Below, in pieces: positions 37,183-47,108 of a stretch of 50,316 nucleotides of DNA. Source of the stretch: a virus (Duplodnaviria; Caudoviricetes); IMG/VR virus record IMGVR_UViG_3300032246_001342, positions 1-50,316 of that record, one strand, 5' to 3'. Below the pieces are notes generated by a model. That model was not told the DNA's origin. It saw only the letters and a list, made by a program, of their open reading frames with translations, and did not search any database. How positions within the stretch are numbered: the first letter of the stretch is position 1; every line of letters begins with the position of its first letter. Both the position numbers and the translations under genes were made by a program.

Positions 37183-37219
37183 AACGCCCGGAACCCGGCG
37201 AAACGGGAGTCCGGGCGTT
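37183..37219. other. Strong intergenic hairpin (terminator or mRNA-stability element)
   Basis: AACGCCCGGA-aCCCG-gcgaaa-CGGG-ag-TCCGGGCGTT. Confidence 0.55.
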
Positions 37220-37236
37220 GGAGGGAGGCGGTCGCC

Positions 37237-37644
37237 TTACGCTTGGGTGACGGTCAATTGTCCCGCTGGAATCTGGAAAGCGTCGCCGCTGTTCACTGTT
37301 CGCGATGCGGTCAATGCGCCCCAAATCAGCAAGTTACCCGCCGTCGATGCGTCAAAAATTCCGAAATGGGTGATCGTTCCCCAGTTCGCCGACGCGGTTC
37401 CAAAGTCAATCACGGCGACGTTTGACGTTTGACCGTTACCACCGGACGGAGCCGCCCAGTTTGCGTCGAGCGGAGCGCGAGCGACGCGGGCGTAACCGCC
37501 ACCGCTGACCTCGGTACCTCCACCGGCGTCGTTCGGCGCGGCGGTAAACAAAGCGATCCAAAGGCCGGTCGGTTTGGTGAACGACGCGGTTCGGAAAATG
37601 TGGGCGATGATTTGTCCTTCTAAGTAGTCAGATGCGTTTGCCAT
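37237..37644 (-). CDS. Minor tail / tail-fibre base protein
   Basis: ASDYLE, IALFTAAP, EVSGGGYAR, WGTITHFGIFDASTAGNLL: a widespread phage tail family. Confidence 0.75.
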   Translation of the reverse strand: MANASDYLEGQIIAHIFRTASFTKPTGLWIALFTAAPNDAGGGTEVSGGGYARVARAPLDANWAAPSGGNGQTSNVAVIDFGTASANWGTITHFGIFDASTAGNLLIWGALTASRTVNSGDAFQIPAGQLTVTQA

Positions 37645-37695
37645 GTGGGTTTGTGCCTCCGTCCAAAATCATACTCGACCGCCAATTGCCGTCGG

Positions 37696-38523
37696 TCAGA
37701 CCGTCGAGGCCACGACGAACCATTCGTTTCGCGTCCGGTCTTTGTATTTTGCGGATTTGCGGGCTTCCGCGTTTGGTGCTTCGTCGATACGTGCTTGCCG
37801 CTCGGCCTTGGTGACCTTGTGGCGCGCTCCGGGCTTGACGGCGACGTCCAAGGCGTGACCGGGCGACAAACGCCCGATTTCGGTGTTTCCGTGGCAAACG
37901 ATCACGTCGCCGTCGTTGGCCTCGCCATTGTTGGCGATTCGAAACCAATTCCCGAAATGTGGTTCGTCGAAAAGGAACACGCGCCGGTCGATTGCGCCGG
38001 GATCGACGATTTGAACGTTTCGGTCGAAAGGTTCAAGGAACAAATCGTCGTCGATGAACCGTTCCGCCACGGGATTATGGAGAGGACCTTTCGGGAGGAT
38101 TTCGGATCGAGTCACGAACGACCGAGGATTGTCCGGGTCCATTCGAGCCGGTTCCATGCGTCCGACGCCGTCACACGACACGACGGCATGACCGTGGCTT
38201 GTGACACGCCCGACACACACAAACAACCCGCCGACCGCGTCCGCCGAATCGGTCACGAGTGTTTTCCCGTCTTCGGAACGCCACACGAACACCGTCGAAT
38301 TTGGCGGAATGGCGATGTCGTCTTCCCATGCGATTTCGCGCGCCGCTTCAACGCAAACGACACCGCCTTCGCAACGGACACGCAAAGATTCACCGACCGG
38401 CGACAACGTGCAACCACGCAACACGCCGCGACCATGTTGGAGTGCGGCCTGTGTTTCGAGGGCGTCCCAAGCGTCGTTCAAATGGGCTTGGGTGAGGTGT
38501 TTACCGAGTCGTCGATGTCCCAT
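37696..38523 (-). CDS. Hypothetical tail-module protein
   Basis: 275 aa in the tail operon; GRGVLRGC motif. Confidence 0.6.
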   Translation of the reverse strand: MGHRRLGKHLTQAHLNDAWDALETQAALQHGRGVLRGCTLSPVGESLRVRCEGGVVCVEAAREIAWEDDIAIPPNSTVFVWRSEDGKTLVTDSADAVGGLFVCVGRVTSHGHAVVSCDGVGRMEPARMDPDNPRSFVTRSEILPKGPLHNPVAERFIDDDLFLEPFDRNVQIVDPGAIDRRVFLFDEPHFGNWFRIANNGEANDGDVIVCHGNTEIGRLSPGHALDVAVKPGARHKVTKAERQARIDEAPNAEARKSAKYKDRTRNEWFVVASTV

Positions 38524-38526
38524 GCT

Positions 38527-38769
38527 TCATATTGTGGCGCGGCGCAACCCGGCGAGTTCTTTTTCGTGTTGCTCGACGATTGCGTCGTTGGTTCTCACGA
38601 GCGATTCGACCACATGCGGCGCGTAATCGCGAGCCTTGAAACGCTCGCCGAGGTCGATAAGCCATTCAATATGTCGTTCGAGCCAACCAATTCGGTTGTC
38701 CGTCTCTCGTCGTCTTTCGGCGGCTTCCGCCTTCGCTTTTTCGGTCTTGGTTAAGTAGTCTCGCGCCAT
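38527..38769 (-). CDS. Small coiled-coil protein
   Basis: 80 aa, in operon order. Confidence 0.55.
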   Translation of the reverse strand: MARDYLTKTEKAKAEAAERRRETDNRIGWLERHIEWLIDLGERFKARDYAPHVVESLVRTNDAIVEQHEKELAGLRRATI

Positions 38770-41700
38770 GTTCGCCCCGATGAAGTTGATTCAAACCGTC
38801 GAATTTCGAGCGTGTCGTCGGCCTTTTTGACGGCAGTCAAAACAACCACGGGAGCACCGGCGAACGGCGCAACGGTGACGGCGGTCGTTCCTTCGTCTTC
38901 CGAATCCGCGATGTCGAACGGACCTTGCCACGCTTCGCCTTCGGCGCGCCGGTATTTGATTCGGAATTTGCCATCCTTCCAATACGACACAAATTCGCGA
39001 CCCGCCGAATCGAATTCGTCGTCCGCGCCGTTACCTTCCCACAACATTTCGGGTGTGCTCCATTTCAAACCTTGCGAATCGCTCGCCGTTCGTTTGATGA
39101 TGACCGAGCCGTCGGGTTGAGTGTTGCAATAAACCACGACCAATTGGCGCGAACCTTGCGACCACGCAATCCCGGCGATTTGAGCTTCCTCGTCGGTCAC
39201 GTCACGTTCACGATCAACGCCCTTTGTTTCATCCCACGAACGGAGCTTCACGCCCGGCGACGACGGAATCACCGCATGAACGAACCCGAGGTGTTCGTCG
39301 CGACACATGCGAAAGGCGAACAACGACGCGGCGGAATCGCCGGGAACCCACAAATAACCGTGCCACGGTCGAACACGGGCGAAATCAACATCCTTCCCGT
39401 TCCACGCCAAACGAACGCGCCAGTCGATTTGTTCCGACCCATCGACCACGTCGTGATGGTAACCGCCGAGGTAGCCGGAACACGGCGGAGCGTTTGTGAT
39501 TCGGTTGTTTTCCGGCACGAGCGGCGGTTTTACGAGGCGATTCACCGGGTCGGCAAGATCGCCCGGATGCACGAGCCATTGGCGCGTGGTGATGAGTGAG
39601 TACGCCTTTTGCGAATACCCGCCGACGATTTCGTAATTCAAACCGCGCGTCGGCCCAGGCCACCCGGCGAGCGGCGGAGTTTCGGCGTAAGAATTCACCA
39701 TCGCGCCGACGATTTTATTCCGGCCTTTGAGCACGAACGAATGGGTGACGGGCGTTTGTTGGAACGGATCGGCGGCGAGGTGTTTGACTTGCGTCCATTC
39801 GATGTTGACGTCGTAAAGGGTCGAGATTTCCTCGTACATGAGGTCGAACGCACTTCGTCCGAGCAACGCGACGCGCTTGGTTGCGAGCCAATCGAGCGCG
39901 GTCGGCATACCTTCCGCCACGGACACGGCGGGCGGGTTGAGCAAACCGAGGAACGGATTGTAAAACGTCCAAACGCCGTATCGCCACCAAGGTCCGTCGG
40001 GCGTGAGAATCGACGTGAAATATGCGGCTTCCCGAATGAATTGAAGGTCGCTTACGTTCCAAGCGTTATGGAACACCGGGAACGTGATCGTGAACGGTTG
40101 CGGCGTGGTCGGTTCGATGGTCATCTCGAACCGCAATTTGTCAAACCCGCGCGCCGGAAGCAACCCAAACGAAAAAACCCGTTCGTTGTCCGACATGATG
40201 GCGTCGGACATGGATTTTTTCGCTCGGTCGTACAGATCGACTCCCGTGTCGTCCGTGTATCCGACGCCGTAATCTTGCCGCCATGTTCCGGCGTATTTTT
40301 TTGATCCGCCGAGAACCTTTCGGAACCGTCCGGGCGTGGTCGTAACTTGCGCCGCCGAACCTTCCGCGCCGATCTGTGAAGCTTTTCCGGTGAGCAATTC
40401 CGGCCCGTTCCAACCGACCGACATTTCGGTCGCCGTGTGCGGGATCATGAACGGGAATTCGCCAAATCGCCCGACGTCAAGATCGACGACGATTGTCGAT
40501 TTGCCCGCGTTTGGTGTCACCGTGACGCCGCCCGCGCCAAATGCGAGCGTCGCATCGTCGGAAATCCACGCCGGAGCCGACCGAGCATCAAACGCAACCG
40601 ACGAAATCGGCGTGATCGGATCGGCGATGAACCTCGAAATTCCCCACCACGACGTAAATTGTCCGAACACGTTGGCTTCAATCAGACCCGACAATCCGTT
40701 TTGCCAAAGCGGTTCGGTGATGATGTGGTTTCGAATCTTCAACCGCTCGCCACTCGGCAACGCCGGATGATCGACATGTTGTTGTCGGGCTTGCAACCAA
40801 TATTCTTGGGCGGTCACCGGCGCGCCGTCGATCTTCCATTGGACCGACGCGGGAGCCTCTTCGGGCGCAAACCAAAGCAAATACGACCAATGCGGGTTGG
40901 CCCATGTGTTGAAATATTCCACCCGGTCCACAAAATGCGACAAATACGAAAGTGTCTGTGATCGAACAATTCGATTCGGGAAGGTGTAATAAACGCCGCC
41001 GTTTTTCCGGGTGACCTGCGGGCTTCCCGCCCACGGCGGCATGGGCGGCGAGCCGATCCAAGGCCATTGGGTCGTACCAATCGGGACGACGAGTTCGTTC
41101 CATCGCGTGAAATCGAAATACGACCGACTGATGTTGCATTGGGACAACGTCGGTTGGTTCATCGGTTCTTCGATCAAATGCGTGGCGTTTTGAACCGTCG
41201 AAAGGAATTGGGTGTACGGCTTGTGAATGCGCCGCTCTTCGATGGTGTACCAAGGCGGCGGGCGTCCAATGTATTCCGGTCGAAACACGAGGTCCACGAG
41301 GCGACCTTCGGCGAACGTTTCCGGGAATCCGCCACGGAACACGACGGCGGCGTAATCATCGTTCAATCGTTCGACCGATTTCGGAAGGTCCGGGATGATC
41401 GTCGCCGACGCGCTCGCGCCTTCGCTGATGTTGTCATACCGATAGGTGTCGTACCCTCGGTCTTGCCCGGTGTACGCATAATCCCAAAGCTTGTAATTCC
41501 GGCAACGGATGACGCCATCCCACATGTTCCCGCCGAGCAAAATCCCGTCGAGGCCATACGGCGCGGGAGCCGGGACAAACGGTTCCGGGAATGTGATCGG
41601 CGGCGAATACCACACGCCGTTTTGCATATAACGAAAACCGATGTGACCGGTCGAAACCATTTCGCCTTCGGTATGCGCCGGAAGCGGGATTCCGGTCGGT

Positions 41701-42221
41701 TCTCCAAGGACGCAAGACGCCGACGCCGAAATGCTCATGGCTCCGGGCATGATTGGGATCGCCATCGGAGTCGGGACCATCGTCGAATATCGCGTGATTC
41801 CACCCCATGAACCAAGCAATTCGCCGTTCAACCGCCATTCGATCAAACCGATGTGAAGTTCCCAATTTGCGTTGTGGTTCATGTACAACGCGACGTCGAA
41901 GAAATCGAGAACCGAATCGCAATCATCCGACCAATAGGTTCGCGCAATCGTCGTATCGGTCGCAATCGCCGGGAACGTAAGCGATGCGGATGTTTGCGGG
42001 TCTTCGTTAGGTTGTGTGAACCCGGTCACCGCCCAACGGGACGAACGGACGCTCATGGAGAAGCCGAGGGCGGTCGTCAAATAATCCGGCGTGAAAAATG
42101 TCGCGAGGCTGGCTTGATGCACCAATTGCATTGGGAACATCGGACTCGTCGCATAACCGGACCCATTCGACCGACAACGATATTGGAGCCGCTCGGCTTT
42201 GAACACGCGACCCGCAAACAT
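38751..42221 (-). CDS. Large tail-tip/baseplate protein
   Basis: 1156 aa aromatic, beta-rich; C-terminal SDSQGLKWS and STSSGRTW Asp-box-like motifs. Confidence 0.6.
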   Translation of the reverse strand: MFAGRVFKAERLQYRCRSNGSGYATSPMFPMQLVHQASLATFFTPDYLTTALGFSMSVRSSRWAVTGFTQPNEDPQTSASLTFPAIATDTTIARTYWSDDCDSVLDFFDVALYMNHNANWELHIGLIEWRLNGELLGSWGGITRYSTMVPTPMAIPIMPGAMSISASASCVLGEPTGIPLPAHTEGEMVSTGHIGFRYMQNGVWYSPPITFPEPFVPAPAPYGLDGILLGGNMWDGVIRCRNYKLWDYAYTGQDRGYDTYRYDNISEGASASATIIPDLPKSVERLNDDYAAVVFRGGFPETFAEGRLVDLVFRPEYIGRPPPWYTIEERRIHKPYTQFLSTVQNATHLIEEPMNQPTLSQCNISRSYFDFTRWNELVVPIGTTQWPWIGSPPMPPWAGSPQVTRKNGGVYYTFPNRIVRSQTLSYLSHFVDRVEYFNTWANPHWSYLLWFAPEEAPASVQWKIDGAPVTAQEYWLQARQQHVDHPALPSGERLKIRNHIITEPLWQNGLSGLIEANVFGQFTSWWGISRFIADPITPISSVAFDARSAPAWISDDATLAFGAGGVTVTPNAGKSTIVVDLDVGRFGEFPFMIPHTATEMSVGWNGPELLTGKASQIGAEGSAAQVTTTPGRFRKVLGGSKKYAGTWRQDYGVGYTDDTGVDLYDRAKKSMSDAIMSDNERVFSFGLLPARGFDKLRFEMTIEPTTPQPFTITFPVFHNAWNVSDLQFIREAAYFTSILTPDGPWWRYGVWTFYNPFLGLLNPPAVSVAEGMPTALDWLATKRVALLGRSAFDLMYEEISTLYDVNIEWTQVKHLAADPFQQTPVTHSFVLKGRNKIVGAMVNSYAETPPLAGWPGPTRGLNYEIVGGYSQKAYSLITTRQWLVHPGDLADPVNRLVKPPLVPENNRITNAPPCSGYLGGYHHDVVDGSEQIDWRVRLAWNGKDVDFARVRPWHGYLWVPGDSAASLFAFRMCRDEHLGFVHAVIPSSPGVKLRSWDETKGVDRERDVTDEEAQIAGIAWSQGSRQLVVVYCNTQPDGSVIIKRTASDSQGLKWSTPEMLWEGNGADDEFDSAGREFVSYWKDGKFRIKYRRAEGEAWQGPFDIADSEDEGTTAVTVAPFAGAPVVVLTAVKKADDTLEIRRFESTSSGRTWRETT

Positions 42222-42230
42222 GATTGAATT

Positions 42231-42443
42231 CTACTTCGACATTTTGGGAATCTTGTCGAGCACGGCGTAAGGTCCAAGGTCGTCCGAGAACACGAATTGA
42301 CCGTCCGGCGTTTGTTCCCAACGACCGACAAGGCCGTCGTATGTGGCAGATTTGACGACCACGATGTTGCATGTCTTGCGAATGCCAACGACCAACGAGG
42401 CAACGGCAAGGACGGCGACGGCGAATTTCAATGACGTTTTCAT
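42231..42443 (-). CDS. Small membrane-anchored moron protein
   Basis: MKTSLKFAVAVLAVASLVVGI; own promoter motif 9 nt upstream. Confidence 0.55.
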   Translation of the reverse strand: MKTSLKFAVAVLAVASLVVGIRKTCNIVVVKSATYDGLVGRWEQTPDGQFVFSDDLGPYAVLDKIPKMSK

Positions 42444-42482
42444 GTCGAGGACATTGTACACGGCTTCATGACGCCGGGACGA
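42444..42482 (-). promoter_or_regulatory. Promoter with partial operator palindrome
   Basis: GTGTACAATGTcctc at 42447..42461 (minus strand); -35 weak. Confidence 0.55.
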
Positions 42483-42729
42483 TGTCCGGCCCTCCGACTT
42501 CGGAATATCCGACCACAAACCAAAATTTCCCGATGTCCGCCGTGTCCGCGCCGTTGCCCGCCGCAAGGATGCGGAGTTGACGACCGTCGGGCGTGTACAA
42601 CTGTTGAAGGTCCGTGAGGGACATTCGATGTTTGACGGCGACGATTGTCCCAAAACCGAAATCTTGCCGGGCGCGCTTGATCAATTCCCGCATGTCGCGG
42701 CGGAGTTTTTCTTCGGTTGGGTGTCTCAT
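42466..42729 (-). CDS. Hypothetical tail-module protein
   Basis: ATGA overlap with the upstream tail gene. Confidence 0.6.
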   Translation of the reverse strand: MRHPTEEKLRRDMRELIKRARQDFGFGTIVAVKHRMSLTDLQQLYTPDGRQLRILAAGNGADTADIGKFWFVVGYSEVGGPDIVPAS

Positions 42730-45272
42730 GGGTGAACCTCGCTGAACATCGGAATTTGCCCGGTTTCATACGGCGACTCCCAAGCCATCGTGTAATCGGC
42801 TTGCCATGTGAATTGGCGGTCGCCAATTTTGCGCGCGACCCACGGACCGGCGTCGGCAACGTCGGGAACGTTGTCGAGGTCGAGGGTGATTTCGGCCTCT
42901 TCGATCCGGTACACGCCGTAAGACATGGGCAACCCGTCCGGCCCAACGCCAACGATCCATGCGAATTGGTCCGGTTCGATTTTTGGATGCCATTCGGCGG
43001 CGTGTGTCCATTGGATCACCGTCCGGTATTCCTCGTCGTATGTTTTGCGCGCGAATCGTTCGATTTCGTTTTGGGTCGAAAGGTGCCCGCATTCGCTCGG
43101 ACCCATCGTTTTTGGACGCGCGCGACCTTCATATCGGACGTATGTCGGGTCGGTCACCGTGGACGGATGCGCCGCGATAAACGCCGCAAGCGCGACCGCA
43201 TTTTCGCCCGGCTCGTCGGTCGTGAAACACCGGAGTTCGTTAAACGACGGGCGTCGAACGTAGATTTCGGGTTGTGCGAGCACCTTCAAATATGGGCCAC
43301 CTTGCGCGGACCATCGAGCGGCGTCCGTGGCTCCATTCGGGAAAAAAATTGAATCGTCGAGCATGAACACGACGTCCGGCGCATCATGCGCGGGATCGAA
43401 CGCCGTGGCGATGTAAACGCGCCACGCGCCACGGCGACGGACACATCGGAGGTTGCCTTTGTTTTGCGTCCCGTACGTCGTGATGATCCGACGGAACAAA
43501 TCGGCGACATTGGTGTCCTCTTGCGGTTGCTTCCAATCGCTCGCACGTTCGAACCCGCCGATTTGCAAATTGTAAACGGCGGCGTCGATCACGATTTCGG
43601 AATCGGCATACCCGGCGCGCTTGAAACCTTCGAAGAAAATGTCGCCGATGTATTTCCGGGTGAGTGACCGGAAATTTGCCGCGTCTGTGTCGCTGAGGCG
43701 TTGCCAATGGTCGTCGGCGACCGGATTGTCCCGAATAGGGATTCCCGCGTTCTCCGAGGCCGGGAGGCCAGCGGAAACACGGTTTCCAAACATGGGCGTG
43801 ACCGGCAACCCGTCAAAATGTGGTCGGTATTGTTCGATGTAGCCTTGAAACCGCTCCACGCCGTCCACGCGAACCGTCACGACGCCGTCGAGTTTGAGAA
43901 GGTTTTCCCAATCCATGTCGCGCCGCATCACGATAGACAATTCGCCCGAATCGTGGTGATTGGATTCGCGCCAATGGAGCGAAGTCCAAAGGTTCGAAAT
44001 GTCGTACGCTTGGGTCGTCGGGACATGGGCGACTGCTGGGACGTCAAATTCCGCGCCCCAAAGTTCCGGCGAATATTTCCCGCCGCCGCCCGACGTCATG
44101 GTGAACCACGGCGAAAACCGAACGTTTGAATTCACGTTCCACGCCGCGCCGTCTTCGTTCACTTTGCCGCCCGTGATGTTCGAGCCGCCGGGATAAAACC
44201 CGATAGGCGTCACGGTGACGTCATTCGGGCCTTTGGGTTCGGTCAATTGCTCCGGGACGCCGTAAAAGGTCGTTGAATCGGCAAACCGAAGCCGGGCAAG
44301 GGCGAAAGCATATTGGAAACCTTGTTTCCTCATGGCGATTCGCACGGGAGCCGGTTCCAATTTCACGTAATGACCATGTGTTTGATCGTATCGCGGCAAA
44401 TCATCAACGCCGAGGGTGACTTTGAACGTGAATGTGTTCGACGACACGCGCCGGTCGGTTGCTCGTGCTTTTTGGTTGGTTTGCGTGGCTTGGCTGAACA
44501 AAATCGAAATGAATTCCATTCCCCACGGAAGGATGGTGATTTGGAACGGTTTCGTGTGATCGACGCCGCCTTGCGAATACTCGAACCGTTCGCGCCGGAC
44601 CCAATCCGAAGCCGATCCCGTGGCGCATGTCGAATATCGGTATTCCCACAATGCCGCCGCGCCGTTCATTCCGAGTTGGATGTAATACCGGTCGCCGATC
44701 ATCAAACCAAACCACGCCGAAGCGCGGTCGATAGCAAGGCCGGACGGTTGAACCGTGATCGTGATCCCTTCATTGATCGACAACGGCCCATTAAACGCCG
44801 CGACAAACACCATCGACGACGAATTGCTCGCCGCATGGACGGCGTTCGCCCATGCCGGAACACCGGAAATCGACGGCAAATCGACCGCCGGGTCGTCGCG
44901 TTGAAGCGCGATGAGTTTCGGTTTTCCGGTCGTCGGATCGGCGGGTTCATCGAACACCGGGACGCCATTCACGGCGGGCGGGATTGTGAGCGACGACAAC
45001 GGAATCCGCGCCGAATAGAAATCGCTTGATTCGGTGAAATCATCCCGAAGCGAACTCGGCCTCAAAAGGATGTATCCGGTATCCGGGTCTTGCCAAACGC
45101 TGTTCGGAAAATCCGCCGGGAGGTATCGGTCGAGACACGTCGAATTGGGACCGGGAACCTTGGTGAGGCGCGCCGCCCGCATGGACGACGCGACGCGCGA
45201 TTTGCTCCAACCTTCCCGCTTCAATTCGAGGCGCGGTTCGTTGATGGTCACTTGGACGTGTGGCGTTGGCAT
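42726..45272 (-). CDS. Tail-tip/hub protein
   Basis: 848 aa directly after tape measure; VTVRVDGVERFQGYI pattern. Confidence 0.6.
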   Translation of the reverse strand: MPTPHVQVTINEPRLELKREGWSKSRVASSMRAARLTKVPGPNSTCLDRYLPADFPNSVWQDPDTGYILLRPSSLRDDFTESSDFYSARIPLSSLTIPPAVNGVPVFDEPADPTTGKPKLIALQRDDPAVDLPSISGVPAWANAVHAASNSSSMVFVAAFNGPLSINEGITITVQPSGLAIDRASAWFGLMIGDRYYIQLGMNGAAALWEYRYSTCATGSASDWVRRERFEYSQGGVDHTKPFQITILPWGMEFISILFSQATQTNQKARATDRRVSSNTFTFKVTLGVDDLPRYDQTHGHYVKLEPAPVRIAMRKQGFQYAFALARLRFADSTTFYGVPEQLTEPKGPNDVTVTPIGFYPGGSNITGGKVNEDGAAWNVNSNVRFSPWFTMTSGGGGKYSPELWGAEFDVPAVAHVPTTQAYDISNLWTSLHWRESNHHDSGELSIVMRRDMDWENLLKLDGVVTVRVDGVERFQGYIEQYRPHFDGLPVTPMFGNRVSAGLPASENAGIPIRDNPVADDHWQRLSDTDAANFRSLTRKYIGDIFFEGFKRAGYADSEIVIDAAVYNLQIGGFERASDWKQPQEDTNVADLFRRIITTYGTQNKGNLRCVRRRGAWRVYIATAFDPAHDAPDVVFMLDDSIFFPNGATDAARWSAQGGPYLKVLAQPEIYVRRPSFNELRCFTTDEPGENAVALAAFIAAHPSTVTDPTYVRYEGRARPKTMGPSECGHLSTQNEIERFARKTYDEEYRTVIQWTHAAEWHPKIEPDQFAWIVGVGPDGLPMSYGVYRIEEAEITLDLDNVPDVADAGPWVARKIGDRQFTWQADYTMAWESPYETGQIPMFSEVHP

Positions 45273-46904
45273 TTATCGACCGTACCGGACGCCGTTCGCG
45301 CCCGCCTCCGTGATAAGACGTTGCGGATCGGATCGACGCGCGGATTGCGCCGACGGCAAACCTCGCCCGCTTTGTTCCGCGCGCTTCTTTTCGTACAATC
45401 GACCTCCGGGTTGCCATGCGGGATCAGCTTTGGCGGCGTCCTCTTTGGCTTTTGCGCCGCCTCCGAATGTGTCATTCCACCAATTTCCCATGCCTTTTTG
45501 CCAATCTTGAACGGCGGGAATTTGATTGATCAACCAACCAATCGCGAGGCCAATCGCCGCGCCCACGGCGACAACCGCCGCGATGACCGCCGCCGACGCC
45601 GACGCGACCGCCGTCCCAAGAATCGCCAACGCTTCGGCGAGGCCGGTCAATCCAGCCGACAACGCCGCGCCGACCGCCCAATAAATGACCTTGGCGAGTC
45701 CGCTCCGCATCATGCCGAGTAGCATCCCAAGCAATCCGGCAACGAACGCGCCGACCTTTCCGCCCGCCGCGCCCGCGATGCCACCCGCAAGACCGCCCAC
45801 GGCTCCACCAACGACACGAATCGCGGCAAGGGCGACGAGCGTTTTCATGAGTTTTCCGCCGAGCATTTTGTCGAGGCCCATGAACGCATCAGCGAGTTTG
45901 ATCGTGATGTTCGCGAGTCCGTGAATGGCGGACAAAAACGATGGCCCTTCGTTCTCGATGAAATGAATCAAGAATTGAACAAATTCGACGAATTTCCGGG
46001 TGTACCGTTCGATGACTTCCGGCGTCGCTTTTTTGGCGAGCGATTCGAGCCAATTGGCAAGCTCCACGGCGGCGGGCGTGAGCATTTTCCCAAACACCGG
46101 AAGGACGTCGAGCATGATCGTGTCGAACAACCGGTTGAACGACGCCGTCGCCGAATCGCTGTTGATGGCGAGGTATTTGGCGGCGTCCGCCGATTCACCA
46201 AAACGCAAGAGAACCTTTTTGATTTCCTCGAACGTGATCGGTTGCGATTGGGAACCGATCCGATCACCCAAACCCGCGCGTTTGAGCAACCCGCGAAGGT
46301 TGACCATGTTTTCTTGCATGACACGGAGTTCGTCGCCTTGCAATTTTCCTTGGCTGGCGACTTGCGTGAATTGCGTGAATGCCCGGTCGATTTGATCCGG
46401 GAGCGCGCCGTTTTTCTTCGCGAGGGCAGTGAACGCGCGAAGCAACGGAACGATTTCCGTCGGTTTGGCGGATTCCGTCCCGATCAAACCTTGGATGTTC
46501 GGCATGAACGATGTCATTCGCGTTCCGGTTTGCCGAGCAAATGCACGGGCTTGTTTTTCAATCATGCCCGCCGAATCGCCGCCGACCATCGCCGTTAAAC
46601 CTTGCCGAAACGATTTCAAATTCTCGAACGATTGAATCGCTTTGTACATGGTCAAAGCCGACCCGTAAACGGTCCCGAAAGCCGCCGCAAGGCGCGCATA
46701 CGACTTAACAAGGCCCTCGACGCTATTCCGGTGTTCGCGGTTTTGTTGAAACCACGCCATCAAAAACCGACCGCCGCGCTTCATCGCGGAATCGTTCTTT
46801 TTTTGCATGTCGTCCACGCGCTGTTGGATCGACGCGAGCGACCGTTGGGCGTTCGCGACGTTCGTCACCGCGACTTTGATGGCGAGGATGTCGGCTTGCG
46901 TCAT
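45273..46904 (-). CDS. Tape measure protein
   Basis: QFTQVASQGKLQGDELRVMQEN signature; Ala/Gly-rich hydrophobic C-half. Confidence 0.9.
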   Translation of the reverse strand: MTQADILAIKVAVTNVANAQRSLASIQQRVDDMQKKNDSAMKRGGRFLMAWFQQNREHRNSVEGLVKSYARLAAAFGTVYGSALTMYKAIQSFENLKSFRQGLTAMVGGDSAGMIEKQARAFARQTGTRMTSFMPNIQGLIGTESAKPTEIVPLLRAFTALAKKNGALPDQIDRAFTQFTQVASQGKLQGDELRVMQENMVNLRGLLKRAGLGDRIGSQSQPITFEEIKKVLLRFGESADAAKYLAINSDSATASFNRLFDTIMLDVLPVFGKMLTPAAVELANWLESLAKKATPEVIERYTRKFVEFVQFLIHFIENEGPSFLSAIHGLANITIKLADAFMGLDKMLGGKLMKTLVALAAIRVVGGAVGGLAGGIAGAAGGKVGAFVAGLLGMLLGMMRSGLAKVIYWAVGAALSAGLTGLAEALAILGTAVASASAAVIAAVVAVGAAIGLAIGWLINQIPAVQDWQKGMGNWWNDTFGGGAKAKEDAAKADPAWQPGGRLYEKKRAEQSGRGLPSAQSARRSDPQRLITEAGANGVRYGR

Positions 46905-46913
46905 GTCGTTTCC

Positions 46914-47108
46914 TTATCTATTCTGGCGCGCCGCTTCGTACGCTTCGCTTTCGAGTTGGTTGTCGAGCCATGCGGTCACGGCGGTTTCGACAACCTCGTC
47001 GGGCGGATAACCTTCACGGATCAACGTCGCCGGGATTTTCCGGGTTGCCCGGAAGGTCCAGACGTGGACCGCGAGGCCGCGCGCGTCGAGGCGGCGGATG
47101 AGTTTCCC
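46914..47108 (-). CDS. -1 frameshift extension of the tail assembly chaperone (gpGT-like)
   Basis: Slippery G GGA AAC at 47108..47102; the -1 frame stays open (GKLIRRLDARG...AARQNR) to TAA at 46914. Confidence 0.8.
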   Translation of the reverse strand, partial: GKLIRRLDARGLAVHVWTFRATRKIPATLIREGYPPDEVVETAVTAWLDNQLESEAYEAARQNR

